NCBI GenBank assembly: GCA_043228905.1
Contig: JBHGNT010000008.1
Span: 20,150,001 to 20,214,000, forward strand
Origin: Azolla caroliniana
Lineage: Eukaryota; Plantae; Polypodiophyta
Reading direction: 5' to 3'
Length of the DNA stretch: 64,000 bases
Notes under the pieces: generated by a model
Databases searched by the model: none
Told to the model about the DNA's origin: nothing
Seen by the model: the letters and a program-made list of their open reading frames with translations, nothing else
Shown here: piece by piece, positions 52,901-62,680 of the stretch
How positions within the stretch are numbered: position 1 is the first letter of the stretch
Layout: each line of letters starts with the position of its first letter
Program-made: the position numbers and the translations under genes

Positions 52901-53975
52901 ATGGAGGAGCCGGTTACCGAAGCCCGAAGACGGAGATATCCTCTAAGAGAGAGAAGGGCCCCCCAGAGATTTCCGGATGCAGAGCATGTTCTGTTGACCG
53001 ATGAGGGGGAGCAGGAAAGCTTCGAAGAAGCGAAGGATGACACCCACAGCCGAAAATGGTTAAGTGCCATGTAGGACGAGATGGATTCCCTGCATGAGAA
53101 CCATATGTACGAATTGGTGGAGTTGCCGAAAGGAAAGCGGGCACTCCGAAACAAGTGGGTGTACAAGTTGAAACCGGGAGATGCCGGCAACCCCCCGAGA
53201 TACAAAGCCAGGATCGTGGTGAAGGGGTTCCAACAGAAGAAGGGCGTGGACTTCGACGAGATATTTGCCCCGGTAGTAAAGATGACCTCCATCCAGACGG
53301 TGCTGAGTATAGCAGCAAGCATGGACCTCGAGGTAGAGCAGCTGGACGTGAAGACGACATTCCTTCACGGCGACCTCGAAGAGGAGATCTACATGCAGCA
53401 ACCGGAAGGTTTCGTGGAGAAAGGGAAGGAGCACCTGGTATGCCGGTTGAAAAAGAGCCTGTACGGACTGAAGCAGGCTCCCCAACAATGGTACCGGAAG
53501 TTCGACTCCTTCATGACCGATCAAGGGTACCACAAGACGCAGGCCGATCACTGCGTGTTTGTGAAGAAGTTCGAAGGAGGCGACTTCCTCATACTCCTTC
53601 TATACGTGGATGACATGTTGATCGTCGGACGGGACCAAGTCAAAATACAAATGCTGAAGAAGGCTCTCAACCGGACCTTCTCAATGAAAGACTTGGGTCC
53701 AGCAAGGCAGATGCTGAGGATGCACATCATCCAGAACCGGTCAGCGAAGCAATTATGGCTGTCACAGGAGAAGTACGTGACAAAGGTGCTTCACCGGTTC
53801 AACAGGTCAGATGCGAAACCGGTCGGATCGACACTTCCGGCAAACTGCAAGCTATCCGGTAAGCAAAGCCCGAAGACGAAAGCAGAGAAGGAGGATATGA
53901 TGAAGATTCCATATGCCTCTGCCATCGGGAGCTTGATGTACGCTATGGTGTGTACCCGACCGGATATAGGATACG
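49922..53975 (+). mobile_element. Copia family C element 1 (5' LTR 49922-50504); interrupted in RT by the Tcn1 element; remainder right of window
   Basis: PBS TGGTATCAGAGC at 50507-50518; gag-PR-INT-RT with in-frame stops; close relative of 57645-61718. Confidence 0.95.
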
Positions 53976-54079
53976 TGTCATGAACAGTACTGAGACAGAG
54001 AAGGAATTAGTACTAAACGAAGGATTAGTACTATGAGAGGTGTGGAACTTCTTCGAGAGAAGGAAGAAGTGAGCGAGAC

Positions 54080-54118
<39 letters not shown>

Positions 54119-54337
54119 TGATAAGAAAGATATTTATTATATGAAGAGAATATACAACGGTGGCTAAGAAGGCTTAAGACTGGCGTTGAACCAATTTGGT
54201 TCAACATAATGCCTAGTGCCCTCTTTTATAGTGTTTTCAGGAGTAATCCTGAAGCTTCTAGAATGTTCCAGAGAAATCTGGAATATACACTAATTTCCTA
54301 TAATAAAATGTAAATGAAAATAATATCCTACGTATTA

Positions 54338-54404
54338 CAATAGATGGTCTAATGGTCAAGAGCTCGACCCATATAACCTAAGGTCATGGGTTCGAGTCTT
54401 GCCA
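54338..54404 (+). ncRNA. tRNA-derived (SINE-head-like) Pol III promoter cassette inside the Tcn1 LTR U3
   Basis: A-box TGGTCTAATGG (54345-54355), B-box GGTTCGAGTCT (54389-54399), canonical 45-nt T8-G53 spacing; cloverleaf stems degenerate, so not a functional tRNA. Confidence 0.55.
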
Positions 54405-54406
54405 TA

Positions 54407-57400
54407 TCATGACACTATCCCCCCTTTAAAACGACGAGTGTCACGAGTCGTCTTGGATTGAGGACCCGGTTTGTGTGGATATTGACGATGGAAGTCTTCA
54501 AGAAGAGCACGAGCATTGGTTACATTCTCGATCGGTTCCCAAGTACGTTCGCTGGGACTATAGCCTAGCCAATCGACTAGATAGTAGAGCTTGTTGCGAA
54601 CAATCTTGGAATCAAGAATGGCGGCAACCTCGTACTCTGGCCCATCTTCAAGCTCGATCGGGGGTGGAGGTTGGATAAGACGTTCTGGGATGGTGCTCTC
54701 GTGGTAGGGTTCGAAGAGAGAACTATGAAACACCGGATGTATCCGAAGTTGAGGAGGTAGATCGAGACGAAAAGCAACATCATTAATCTTTCCAATAATA
54801 CGGAAAGGACCTAATCGCCGATAATCCAACTTCTCACATGGGCGAGTAGTCTTGATGTGTCGTCGCAGCAACCACACCCGATCTCCAATATTGAAACTAG
54901 ATGGAAGTCGATGACGATCCGCGTAGACCTTGTGTGTTTGTTGAGCTTGCTGGAGATGAGTAGATAAATCCGCTTGTATCTTGCGTAACCGCTCCAAACG
55001 ATCCTCCGCGCACGGATTTGTGGACACCTCTGGGGTTTCAAGTACACTCCACCGGGGGTGACATCCCGTATAAGCATAAAATGGCGTAACTTTAGTGGAT
55101 GCGTGGATAGAGTTGTTATAGGCAAATTCGGCGAAGTGGAGAATATCTGCCCAGTCGTCCTGATGATAGCTGAGAAAGCACCGCAGATACTGCTCCAACG
55201 TTTGATTTGTTCGTTCAGCTTGGCCGTCAGTTTGTGGGTGGTAGCCGGAAGAGAGGTTACAAGTGACCTTGAGCATGTTAAAAAGGTGCTTCCAGAATTT
55301 TGACACGAACTGGGGTCCACGATCGTTGATGATACTATCGGGGAGTCCATGATGCCGACATACTTCACGCATGACAATTTCGGCAGTGTCTTCACTGGAG
55401 ATCTCCTTAGTACATGGCAAGAAATGAGCCATCTTCGTATATCGATCGACCACCGTTAGAATCGCATTGAACCCCTTAGAGACTGGAAGATCTGTGATGA
55501 AGTCTAGAGCAATGGATTGGCACGGCTTGCTTGGAATTGATAATGGTTCTAATAAACTATATGGATGATGCATTGGCATTTTCGCTCTGCAACATGTATC
55601 ACAAGTCCGAACAAAATCCTTGACAAATTGTCGCATACAGGGCCACCAGAATGATCGTTGTACTAAATGTAATGTTTTAGTACTACCAAAATGCCCAGCT
55701 GTATATGTGTCATGACAGTTTTGTACTACTCGAAGGCGGCAAGAACCATTAGGAACATACAAAAGTTCTTTAAAGAAGAGTAATCCATCATGGTATTTGA
55801 ATTGCCGATAGTCCGTACCTGGTGGTTGCGACTGTGAACACGACGCTCGAGAGGGATCAATTTGTGCTAATATAGCTTGGGCGAACGCATCTGTCTTCAA
55901 GTCTTCACACATGGTATCGATAACGCGGGAATCCATAGGCATGTCAAAGATTTGTGTTGCTTGTAATCGTGCCGGTCCCAAGATGACTTGTTTTTGGTTA
56001 TCGAAGGCTGGCTCGCCGGGACGGGGTGCTAGATACGAACGCCGTGATAATGCATCTGCCTTCCCTTGGTGCCTCCCCGGACGATATGTAATTTTGAAGT
56101 CGAAACGCGTGAGGAAGTGGGCCCACCGAGCTTGACGTCGATTCAACACACGAGCATCCTGAAAGTAGGCAAGATTCTTGTGGTCACTAAATACGGTGAC
56201 TGGATGAGAGGATCCCTCCAGAAAATGCCTCCATTGCATAAAAGAATCCACTATTGCCAATAGCTCCTTATCATGGATTTCGTAGTTGATTTCGGCGGCA
56301 TCAAACTTGCGTGAGTGAAAAGCCACAGGATGTAGCTTTTCATCATTCCCCTGTTGTGACAGAATGCTCCCCAATGCAAAATCCGATGCGTCAGCTTCGA
56401 TAATGAATGGTTTCTCCGGATCGACATGAGCTAGAATTGGAGCCGATGTAAATGCTTTTTTAAGACTCTCGAAAACCATGTCCGTTTCTTCAGACCAGAT
56501 GAACGGTTGTCCCTTCCTGGTAAGTTGTGTGAGAGGTAGAACGATCTTTGAGTAATCCTGTATGAACTTCCGGTAAAAATTGGCAAAGCCTAAGAAGCAT
56601 TGCACATCCCGTACCAAACGCGGAGTCTGCCATTCTACCACCGTTCTGACCTTAGCTGGGTCCATGGAGATGCCTTCTGACGAAATGATGTAGCCGAGAA
56701 ATTCCACTTGGTTGCACCCGAAACTACATTTTTCTAGCTTTGCATACAGACCATGTTCTCGAAGTCGTTTTAGTACTAATAGTACATGAGAATCATGTTC
56801 TTCTTGGGTCTTTGAATAAACCAGTAGATCATCCAAATAGATGATCAAACAATCATCCAATAGATCTCGGAATATATCATTAGCCATGTGCTGGAAGACT
56901 GTCGGCGCATTAGTGGGGCCGAACGGCATGACAGTATACTCGAAGTGCCCATATCTGGTGCGAAACGCGGTCTTCCATTCGTCTCCTGGTCGGATCCGTA
57001 CGAGGTTATATGCTCCCCGTAAGTCGATCTTCGTGAAGAACCTGGCACCATTGATCCGTTCTAAAAGACTTGAGATAAGGGGAAGAGCATACCTATTCCT
57101 GATTGTAACCTTATTCAAGCCACGGTAATCTACAACGAGACGAAGCGATCCATCTTTTTTCTTGACGAAGAAAATGGGCGCACCGGCTGGAGATTTCAAA
57201 TGCCGAATGAAACCATTTTCCAAATTCTCCTCTATATAGGCCCGAAGGACTTCCAGCTCGGTTGGTGACAAATTGTAGATCGGTCCCCATGGCGGCTCTT
57301 TTCCCGGTTGTAAATCGATGGGGCAATCGTACGGTCGATGATGAGGAAGTGTGTTGGCTTGTACTTTATCGAACACATCGGTGTAATGGCGATACTTCTC

Positions 57401-57607
57401 GGGAAGTTGAACGGTGGATTCTTCTTTAGTGGTGTTGGAGGGGTTTACTGATATTGAAAAGAGGAACATTTCCTCCTTGTGCCCTTCTTTACGCAACTGA
57501 CGTAGCGAAATGGTTGCCATCTTCTGAGTTGACCCTTGGGTTTGTCGACACCGGATTTCTCTTGTTCTCCAATCTATGTCAGGGTTATGTAACTCAAACC
57601 ACGGTAG
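54407..57607 (-). CDS. Tcn1 pol: end of protease, RT, RNase H, integrase, chromodomain (separated from the protease N-terminus by the Copia insertion)
   Basis: Open 1037-aa ORF with YLDD, ADASDFALG, HHCC finger, HPQTDGQAER, GPF, YEVAAILDSK...YLVDWLGY...TWEP; frame extends upstream to PWFELHNPDIDW at the TSD. Confidence 0.92.
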   Translation of the reverse strand, partial: LPWFELHNPDIDWRTREIRCRQTQGSTQKMATISLRQLRKEGHKEEMFLFSISVNPSNTTKEESTVQLPEKYRHYTDVFDKVQANTLPHHRPYDCPIDLQPGKEPPWGPIYNLSPTELEVLRAYIEENLENGFIRHLKSPAGAPIFFVKKKDGSLRLVVDYRGLNKVTIRNRYALPLISSLLERINGARFFTKIDLRGAYNLVRIRPGDEWKTAFRTRYGHFEYTVMPFGPTNAPTVFQHMANDIFRDLLDDCLIIYLDDLLVYSKTQEEHDSHVLLVLKRLREHGLYAKLEKCSFGCNQVEFLGYIISSEGISMDPAKVRTVVEWQTPRLVRDVQCFLGFANFYRKFIQDYSKIVLPLTQLTRKGQPFIWSEETDMVFESLKKAFTSAPILAHVDPEKPFIIEADASDFALGSILSQQGNDEKLHPVAFHSRKFDAAEINYEIHDKELLAIVDSFMQWRHFLEGSSHPVTVFSDHKNLAYFQDARVLNRRQARWAHFLTRFDFKITYRPGRHQGKADALSRRSYLAPRPGEPAFDNQKQVILGPARLQATQIFDMPMDSRVIDTMCEDLKTDAFAQAILAQIDPSRASCSQSQPPGTDYRQFKYHDGLLFFKELLYVPNGSCRLRVVQNCHDTYTAGHFGSTKTLHLVQRSFWWPCMRQFVKDFVRTCDTCCRAKMPMHHPYSLLEPLSIPSKPCQSIALDFITDLPVSKGFNAILTVVDRYTKMAHFLPCTKEISSEDTAEIVMREVCRHHGLPDSIINDRGPQFVSKFWKHLFNMLKVTCNLSSGYHPQTDGQAERTNQTLEQYLRCFLSYHQDDWADILHFAEFAYNNSIHASTKVTPFYAYTGCHPRWSVLETPEVSTNPCAEDRLERLRKIQADLSTHLQQAQQTHKVYADRHRLPSSFNIGDRVWLLRRHIKTTRPCEKLDYRRLGPFRIIGKINDVAFRLDLPPQLRIHPVFHSSLFEPYHESTIPERLIQPPPPIELEDGPEYEVAAILDSKIVRNKLYYLVDWLGYSPSERTWEPIENVTNARALLEDFHRQYPHKPGPQSKTTRDTRRFKGGIVS

Positions 57608-60600
57608 TGCAACAAATTGGTATCAGAGCACGGTAACACATAAAATGGAAGGCGGCGGTAGTGGGCCTCCGGGCATGATGGTGTTGAACTCACAGAACTA
57701 CGCCGACTGGAAGATAAAGATGGAAGACCTTCTCATCGTCCGAGACCTGTATGAACCGATCGACAATGCCGAGATACCCAAGGGGGTAATAGAGTCGGAG
57801 TGGAAGCTCCTGAACCGGAAAGCCGTAGCGACGATCCGGCAATATGTCGATGTAAGCGTTCTACAACATGTGGCGAATGACACCAACGCATATGAGATGT
57901 GGAAGAAGCTGTCGGGCCTCTACGAGAGGAAGAATGCGTTGAACCGAACCTCCCTGATGAGGAAGATAGTGAACCTCAAGTACCGGGACGACGAGAATAT
58001 GGTGGAACACGTGAGCACGTTCATGGGATTCGTGAACCAGCTTGCGGCGGTCAAGTTCCCGTTGGAGGATGCAATGCAAGCCATCATTCTGATGTGTACA
58101 TTGCCGGAAAGCTGGGAGAACTTGGTGGTGACTCTCAGCACCTCCTGCACCGAAGATAACTTGTCTCTACAAACGGTAAAGACAAGCATTTTGAACGAAG
58201 AAGCGCGTCGGAGAGATAAAGAACCGGTTTCCGATCCGAAGATGCTGCTTACCGAATCGGATCGGGGAAGACAATGGAACCGGAGTCCGCAAAGACGGGA
58301 GAAGTCGGGGACCCGGTCGCAGTCAAGAGGAAGACCCACATGCTTCCACTGTGGGAAGCCGGGGCACTTCCGGAAGAATTGTCGGCATTACCGAAAGGAC
58401 AACGGAGCCGACGACACCGATTCGAAGAAGTCACCGGAGAGAAACGGTCCATACCGGGGAGCCACGGACCGGAGAGGTCCGGATTGGCGAGGGCAGGGCC
58501 GGAAAGGAACGACGGCACTCGCGGCAAGTGAAGAAGAGATAATGCTCATTACCGAAGAGACGGAGCTGAACCTTGCCGGTGAAGAGATGACCTGGGTGGT
58601 CGATTCCGGAGCGTCGTTCCACCTGACCCCGGAAAGAAGATACTTCTCATCCTACACAGCCTGTGAGCACGGCTGTGTCCGGATGGGAAATGAAGGCACA
58701 TGCCGGATTGCCGGCATAGGAGACGTGTGGCTGATGACATCAACCGGATGCAAGATGCTGCTGAAAGATGTTCGACATGTTCCGGAGGTCCGATTGAACC
58801 TGATTTCGGCCGGGAGGCTAGACGATGAAGGCTACACAGGTAGCATCCGGAACGGTGTCATGAAGTTCAGCAAAGGGAGCCTGATAGTGGCTCGGGCCCG
58901 GAAGGTCAATACACTGTACCTGATGAATTCCCGGCTATGTCCGGAGGAGCTGAACGTGGCAGCCGACACTGCCGGTGAGCTGTGGCACAAGAGACTGTGC
59001 CACATGAGTGAGAAGGGGATGAAGAGGCTTGCCGATGACAACCTGATACCGGTAAAGCACGTACACCTGGGGAAGTGTACCGACTGTCTGGCCGGTAAGC
59101 AAAACCGGACCTCCTTCCACTCAAGGCCACCGACGAGACGTAGCGCACCATTGGAGTTGGTACACACTGATGTGTGTCAGGTAGAAACGAAGTCACATGG
59201 CGGAGCCCAGTACTTCGTAACATTCATAGATGACCATAGCCGGAAGCTGTGGACGGCACCGTTGAAGACAAAGGACCAAGTATTGTCCGTCTTCAAAGAA
59301 CTCCACGCGAGAGTGGAAAGAGAATCCGGCAAGAAGCTGAAAGCGATACGAGCGGATAACGGAGGGGAATACCGGGGGCAGTTCGCAGAGTACTGTCGCT
59401 CGAAGGGAATCCAGCTCGAGTTTACTGTGCCGAAGACGCCGGAACTGAACGGGCTGGCCGAGAGGATGAACCGGACCATAATGGAGAGGGTCCGGAGTAT
59501 GCTAGCACATGCGAAATTACCCAAGGGATTTTGGGCTGAGGCAATGTCGACGGCGACGTATGTGATAAATAGATCACCCTCAGTACCTTTGGACGGAGAC
59601 ACGCCGCAGAAAGTGTGGACCGGTAAGGAAGTGTCCTACCGGCATCTGAAGGTGTTCGGGTGTCTCGCATACGTGCATGTGGCAAAGGACCGGAGAGGAA
59701 AGTTAGATCCAAAGACCCGGCCATGCATATTCCTCGGTTACGGCGACGACGAGTTCGGCTACCGAGTATGGGACCCGGTCGACAAGAAGATATTCAGGAG
59801 TCGAGATATCATCTTCATGGAGGACAAGACACTCGCCGACTGGGAGTCGGAGAAGAAGATGAAGAGCTCCAAGTCGACTGGTGAGGATCAACTCTACGAA
59901 GAGCAGTCCCGACCGGCAAGGGACCGGTTAGCACTCGAGGATCCGGCCGAAGACGGTGAAGAAACAGAACTGGCCGAGGAAGATGAAACTGATACCGGAA
60001 CCGGCCCCGATCCCGAAATGGATTCGGATGAAGAGGAAACGGAGGAGCCGGTTACCGAAGCTCCGGAACGGAGATATCCTCTAAGAGAGAGAAGGGCCCC
60101 CCGGAGATTTCCGGAACCAGAGCACGTGCTGCTAACCGACGAGGGGGAGCCGGAGAGCTTTGAAGAAGCAAAACTTGACACCCATTGCCGCAGGTGGTTA
60201 AGTGCCATGCAGGAGGAGATGGATTCTCTGCATGAGAACCACACATATGAACTTGTGGAGTTGCCGAAAGGAAAGCGGGCACTTCGAAACAAGTGGGTGT
60301 TCAAGCTGAAACCGGGAGATGTCGGAAACCCCCCGAGATACAAAGCCAGGATCGTAGTGAAGGGGTTCCAGCAGAAGAAGGGCGTCGACTTCGACGAGAT
60401 ATTTGCCCTGGTAGTGAAGATGACCTCCATCCGGACGGTGCTGAGCATAGCGGCAAGCGTGGACCTCAAGGTAGAACAGATGGACGTGAAGACGACATTC
60501 CTTCACGGTGACCTCGAAGAAGAGATCTACATGCAGCAACCGGAAGGATTCGAGAAGAAAGGGAAGGAGCACCTGGTATGCCGGTTGAAGAAGAGCCTTT

Positions 60601-62286
60601 ACGGACTGAAGCAGGCTCCCCGGCAATGGTACTGGAAGTTCGACTCTTTCATGACCGACGAAGGCTACCACAAAACGCAGTCCGATCACTGCGTGTTTGT
60701 GAAGAAGTTCGAAGGAGGAGACTTTCTAATACTCCTCCTGTACGTGGACGACATGTTGATCGTCGGACGGGACCAGGCCAAGATACGGATGCTGAAGAAA
60801 GCGCTTCACCGAACTTTCTCAATGAAGGACCTGGGTCCGGCGAGGCAAATACTAGGGATGCACATCATCCGGGACCGGAAGAAGAAGCAGTTGTGGCTGT
60901 CACAGGAGAAGTACGTGACAAAGGTGCTTCACCGGTTCAACATGTCGGAAGCAAGACCGGTCGGGTCAACCCTCCCGGCAAACTGCAGGATGTCCAGCAA
61001 GCAAAGCCCCAAGACAAAGGGTGAGAAGGAGGACATGATGAAAGTACCATATTCCTCTGCCGTCGGAAGCTTGATGTACGCAATGGTGTGTACAAGACCG
61101 GACATAGGATATGCAGTCGGAGTGGTGAGCCGGTACATGAGCAATCCCGGCAAAGAGCACTGGAACGCGGTCAAGTGGATACTCCGATACCTAAAGGGCA
61201 CGACAAACGTGTGCCTCCGATTCGGCTCCGGTAAGCCCGAACTCGACGGCTTTACCGATTCGGATATGTCGGCTGATGCAGATACCAGCCGGTCCACATC
61301 AGGGTATGTGATGACGTATGCAGGGGGAGCTGTTTCGTGGCAGTCGAGGCTGCAGAAGACGGTTGCGTTGTCAACTACGGAGGCGGAGTACATGGCGGCT
61401 GTTGAAGCCGGCAAGGAAATAATATGGATGAAGGACTTCATTAGAGAGCTCGGTATCCGGCAGGAGGAGTACCGACTCTACTGCGACAGTCAGAGTGCCA
61501 TCCACCTTGCGAAGAATGTGGCCTATCACTCCCGGATGAAGCACATCCAACGTAGATACCACTGGATCCGGGAAAGGATAGAAGACAAGGACTTCGTGTT
61601 GACGAAGATCCACACGGACGAGAACGGGTCGGATATGCTGACCAAGGTACTCACACCCGACATGCTGGAAGCATGCCGGAAGAGGATCAGATTGGAGAGA
61701 CATCCCATGCCGAAGTGAAGGGGGAGTTTGTTGGGATTTCGGTCCCTCCGGATGGGATGTCCGGAGATGAATGACGGCAATCCCGATTACAGTTACGGTC
61801 CCGGCTACGGAGCCGGATGATGAATGTACCCGGAGCGAGATCCGGATGCGGGGACATATTTGTGAATATGTTTGCCAAGGGCCCTTGAGGCTATATTTGT
61901 AAATAGCCCGAAAGTCATATGCGTATAAATATGACTTAGGGCAAACAGTTTTATGTTGTTGCTCATTTTATGTTTTCAGCCGAGAGAGCGAAGTGAGAGC
62001 AGCCGAGAGAGAGAGAGAAAGGAAGAGGTCGACGCCTCTGTGTATTACCGCCGCCTGTGGCGAAGACAGTGAGCTCAAGGTTGTTGCCTTGTAGCTTCAC
62101 CATTGTACATCTCTGTGTATAGTGATAGTTGGAGTTTGAGGACTCCCGTGGTTTTTCCCATTTAGGGTTTTCCACGTAAAACACCCTGTGTACTCTTCTC
62201 TCTATTGTCTTCGTGCACTTTGTATTTCCCGTTTTCTGTGAGTTGATCCTATTCCTCGGTTTGTGACCGAGCGCTGTTTTGCAATA
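57608..62286 (+). mobile_element. Copia family C element 2, inserted in the Tcn1 protease; 5' LTR only 7 nt; 3' LTR 61729-62286
   Basis: Perfect TSD GGTAG (57603-57607, 62287-62291); removal restores VLGLPWFELH; PBS TGGTATCAGAGC at 57618-57629; PPT GAAGGGGGAG. Confidence 0.92.
57645..61718 (+). CDS. Intact Copia gag-pol polyprotein, 1357 aa
   Basis: Uninterrupted frame: CFHCGKPGHFRKNC, WVVDSGAS, HTDVC/RADNGGE/NGLAER, LYVDDM, TDSDM...CDSQSA; first ATG after the PBS is at 57645. Confidence 0.95.
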   Translation: MEGGGSGPPGMMVLNSQNYADWKIKMEDLLIVRDLYEPIDNAEIPKGVIESEWKLLNRKAVATIRQYVDVSVLQHVANDTNAYEMWKKLSGLYERKNALNRTSLMRKIVNLKYRDDENMVEHVSTFMGFVNQLAAVKFPLEDAMQAIILMCTLPESWENLVVTLSTSCTEDNLSLQTVKTSILNEEARRRDKEPVSDPKMLLTESDRGRQWNRSPQRREKSGTRSQSRGRPTCFHCGKPGHFRKNCRHYRKDNGADDTDSKKSPERNGPYRGATDRRGPDWRGQGRKGTTALAASEEEIMLITEETELNLAGEEMTWVVDSGASFHLTPERRYFSSYTACEHGCVRMGNEGTCRIAGIGDVWLMTSTGCKMLLKDVRHVPEVRLNLISAGRLDDEGYTGSIRNGVMKFSKGSLIVARARKVNTLYLMNSRLCPEELNVAADTAGELWHKRLCHMSEKGMKRLADDNLIPVKHVHLGKCTDCLAGKQNRTSFHSRPPTRRSAPLELVHTDVCQVETKSHGGAQYFVTFIDDHSRKLWTAPLKTKDQVLSVFKELHARVERESGKKLKAIRADNGGEYRGQFAEYCRSKGIQLEFTVPKTPELNGLAERMNRTIMERVRSMLAHAKLPKGFWAEAMSTATYVINRSPSVPLDGDTPQKVWTGKEVSYRHLKVFGCLAYVHVAKDRRGKLDPKTRPCIFLGYGDDEFGYRVWDPVDKKIFRSRDIIFMEDKTLADWESEKKMKSSKSTGEDQLYEEQSRPARDRLALEDPAEDGEETELAEEDETDTGTGPDPEMDSDEEETEEPVTEAPERRYPLRERRAPRRFPEPEHVLLTDEGEPESFEEAKLDTHCRRWLSAMQEEMDSLHENHTYELVELPKGKRALRNKWVFKLKPGDVGNPPRYKARIVVKGFQQKKGVDFDEIFALVVKMTSIRTVLSIAASVDLKVEQMDVKTTFLHGDLEEEIYMQQPEGFEKKGKEHLVCRLKKSLYGLKQAPRQWYWKFDSFMTDEGYHKTQSDHCVFVKKFEGGDFLILLLYVDDMLIVGRDQAKIRMLKKALHRTFSMKDLGPARQILGMHIIRDRKKKQLWLSQEKYVTKVLHRFNMSEARPVGSTLPANCRMSSKQSPKTKGEKEDMMKVPYSSAVGSLMYAMVCTRPDIGYAVGVVSRYMSNPGKEHWNAVKWILRYLKGTTNVCLRFGSGKPELDGFTDSDMSADADTSRSTSGYVMTYAGGAVSWQSRLQKTVALSTTEAEYMAAVEAGKEIIWMKDFIRELGIRQEEYRLYCDSQSAIHLAKNVAYHSRMKHIQRRYHWIRERIEDKDFVLTKIHTDENGSDMLTKVLTPDMLEACRKRIRLERHPMPK

Positions 62287-62680
62287 GGTAGTCCTAAAAC
62301 TATAGGATGTTCTGGGATACTAATAATATTAAATGATACTACACATTCTAAGTTATCTAGGACAATATTAATGGGCTCTGACTCTTCTAGGATATTTCCG
62401 GAAGCAATGGGACGTCCATCAATGACTACTACAGAGGCTGGACACTGGAGTTTTCTCAGGGATATCTTATGAGCTTGAGCAAATTTCTTATCCATAAAGC
62501 AAGAGTTAGCTCCGGAATCTAGGAGTGCTAGGACATGTACTGGAGGGGTACTTTTAGTACTAACTATTACTTGGGCTACGAACACATCACTAACTTGCTT
62601 AGAGGGAATGGAACCACTAATGGGCTGCACAGATCTAGGGCTGTCCAACCAAACGGCTCCTATTTTGGCTGGACTTAGTC
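62287..62680 (-). CDS. Tcn1 aspartic protease, N-terminal part (-1 frame relative to gag)
   Basis: ALLDSGANSCF...HPIVLGLP. Confidence 0.88.

Noticed and set aside
57576-57644. First 23 codons of the 1380-aa ORF
   Set aside because: They run through antisense Tcn1 sequence, the TSD and the PBS; the real start is probably 57645.
52807-61441. Many 100-190 aa antisense ORFs over the Copia pol regions
   Set aside because: Expected mirror frames of biased coding sequence; no independent motifs.
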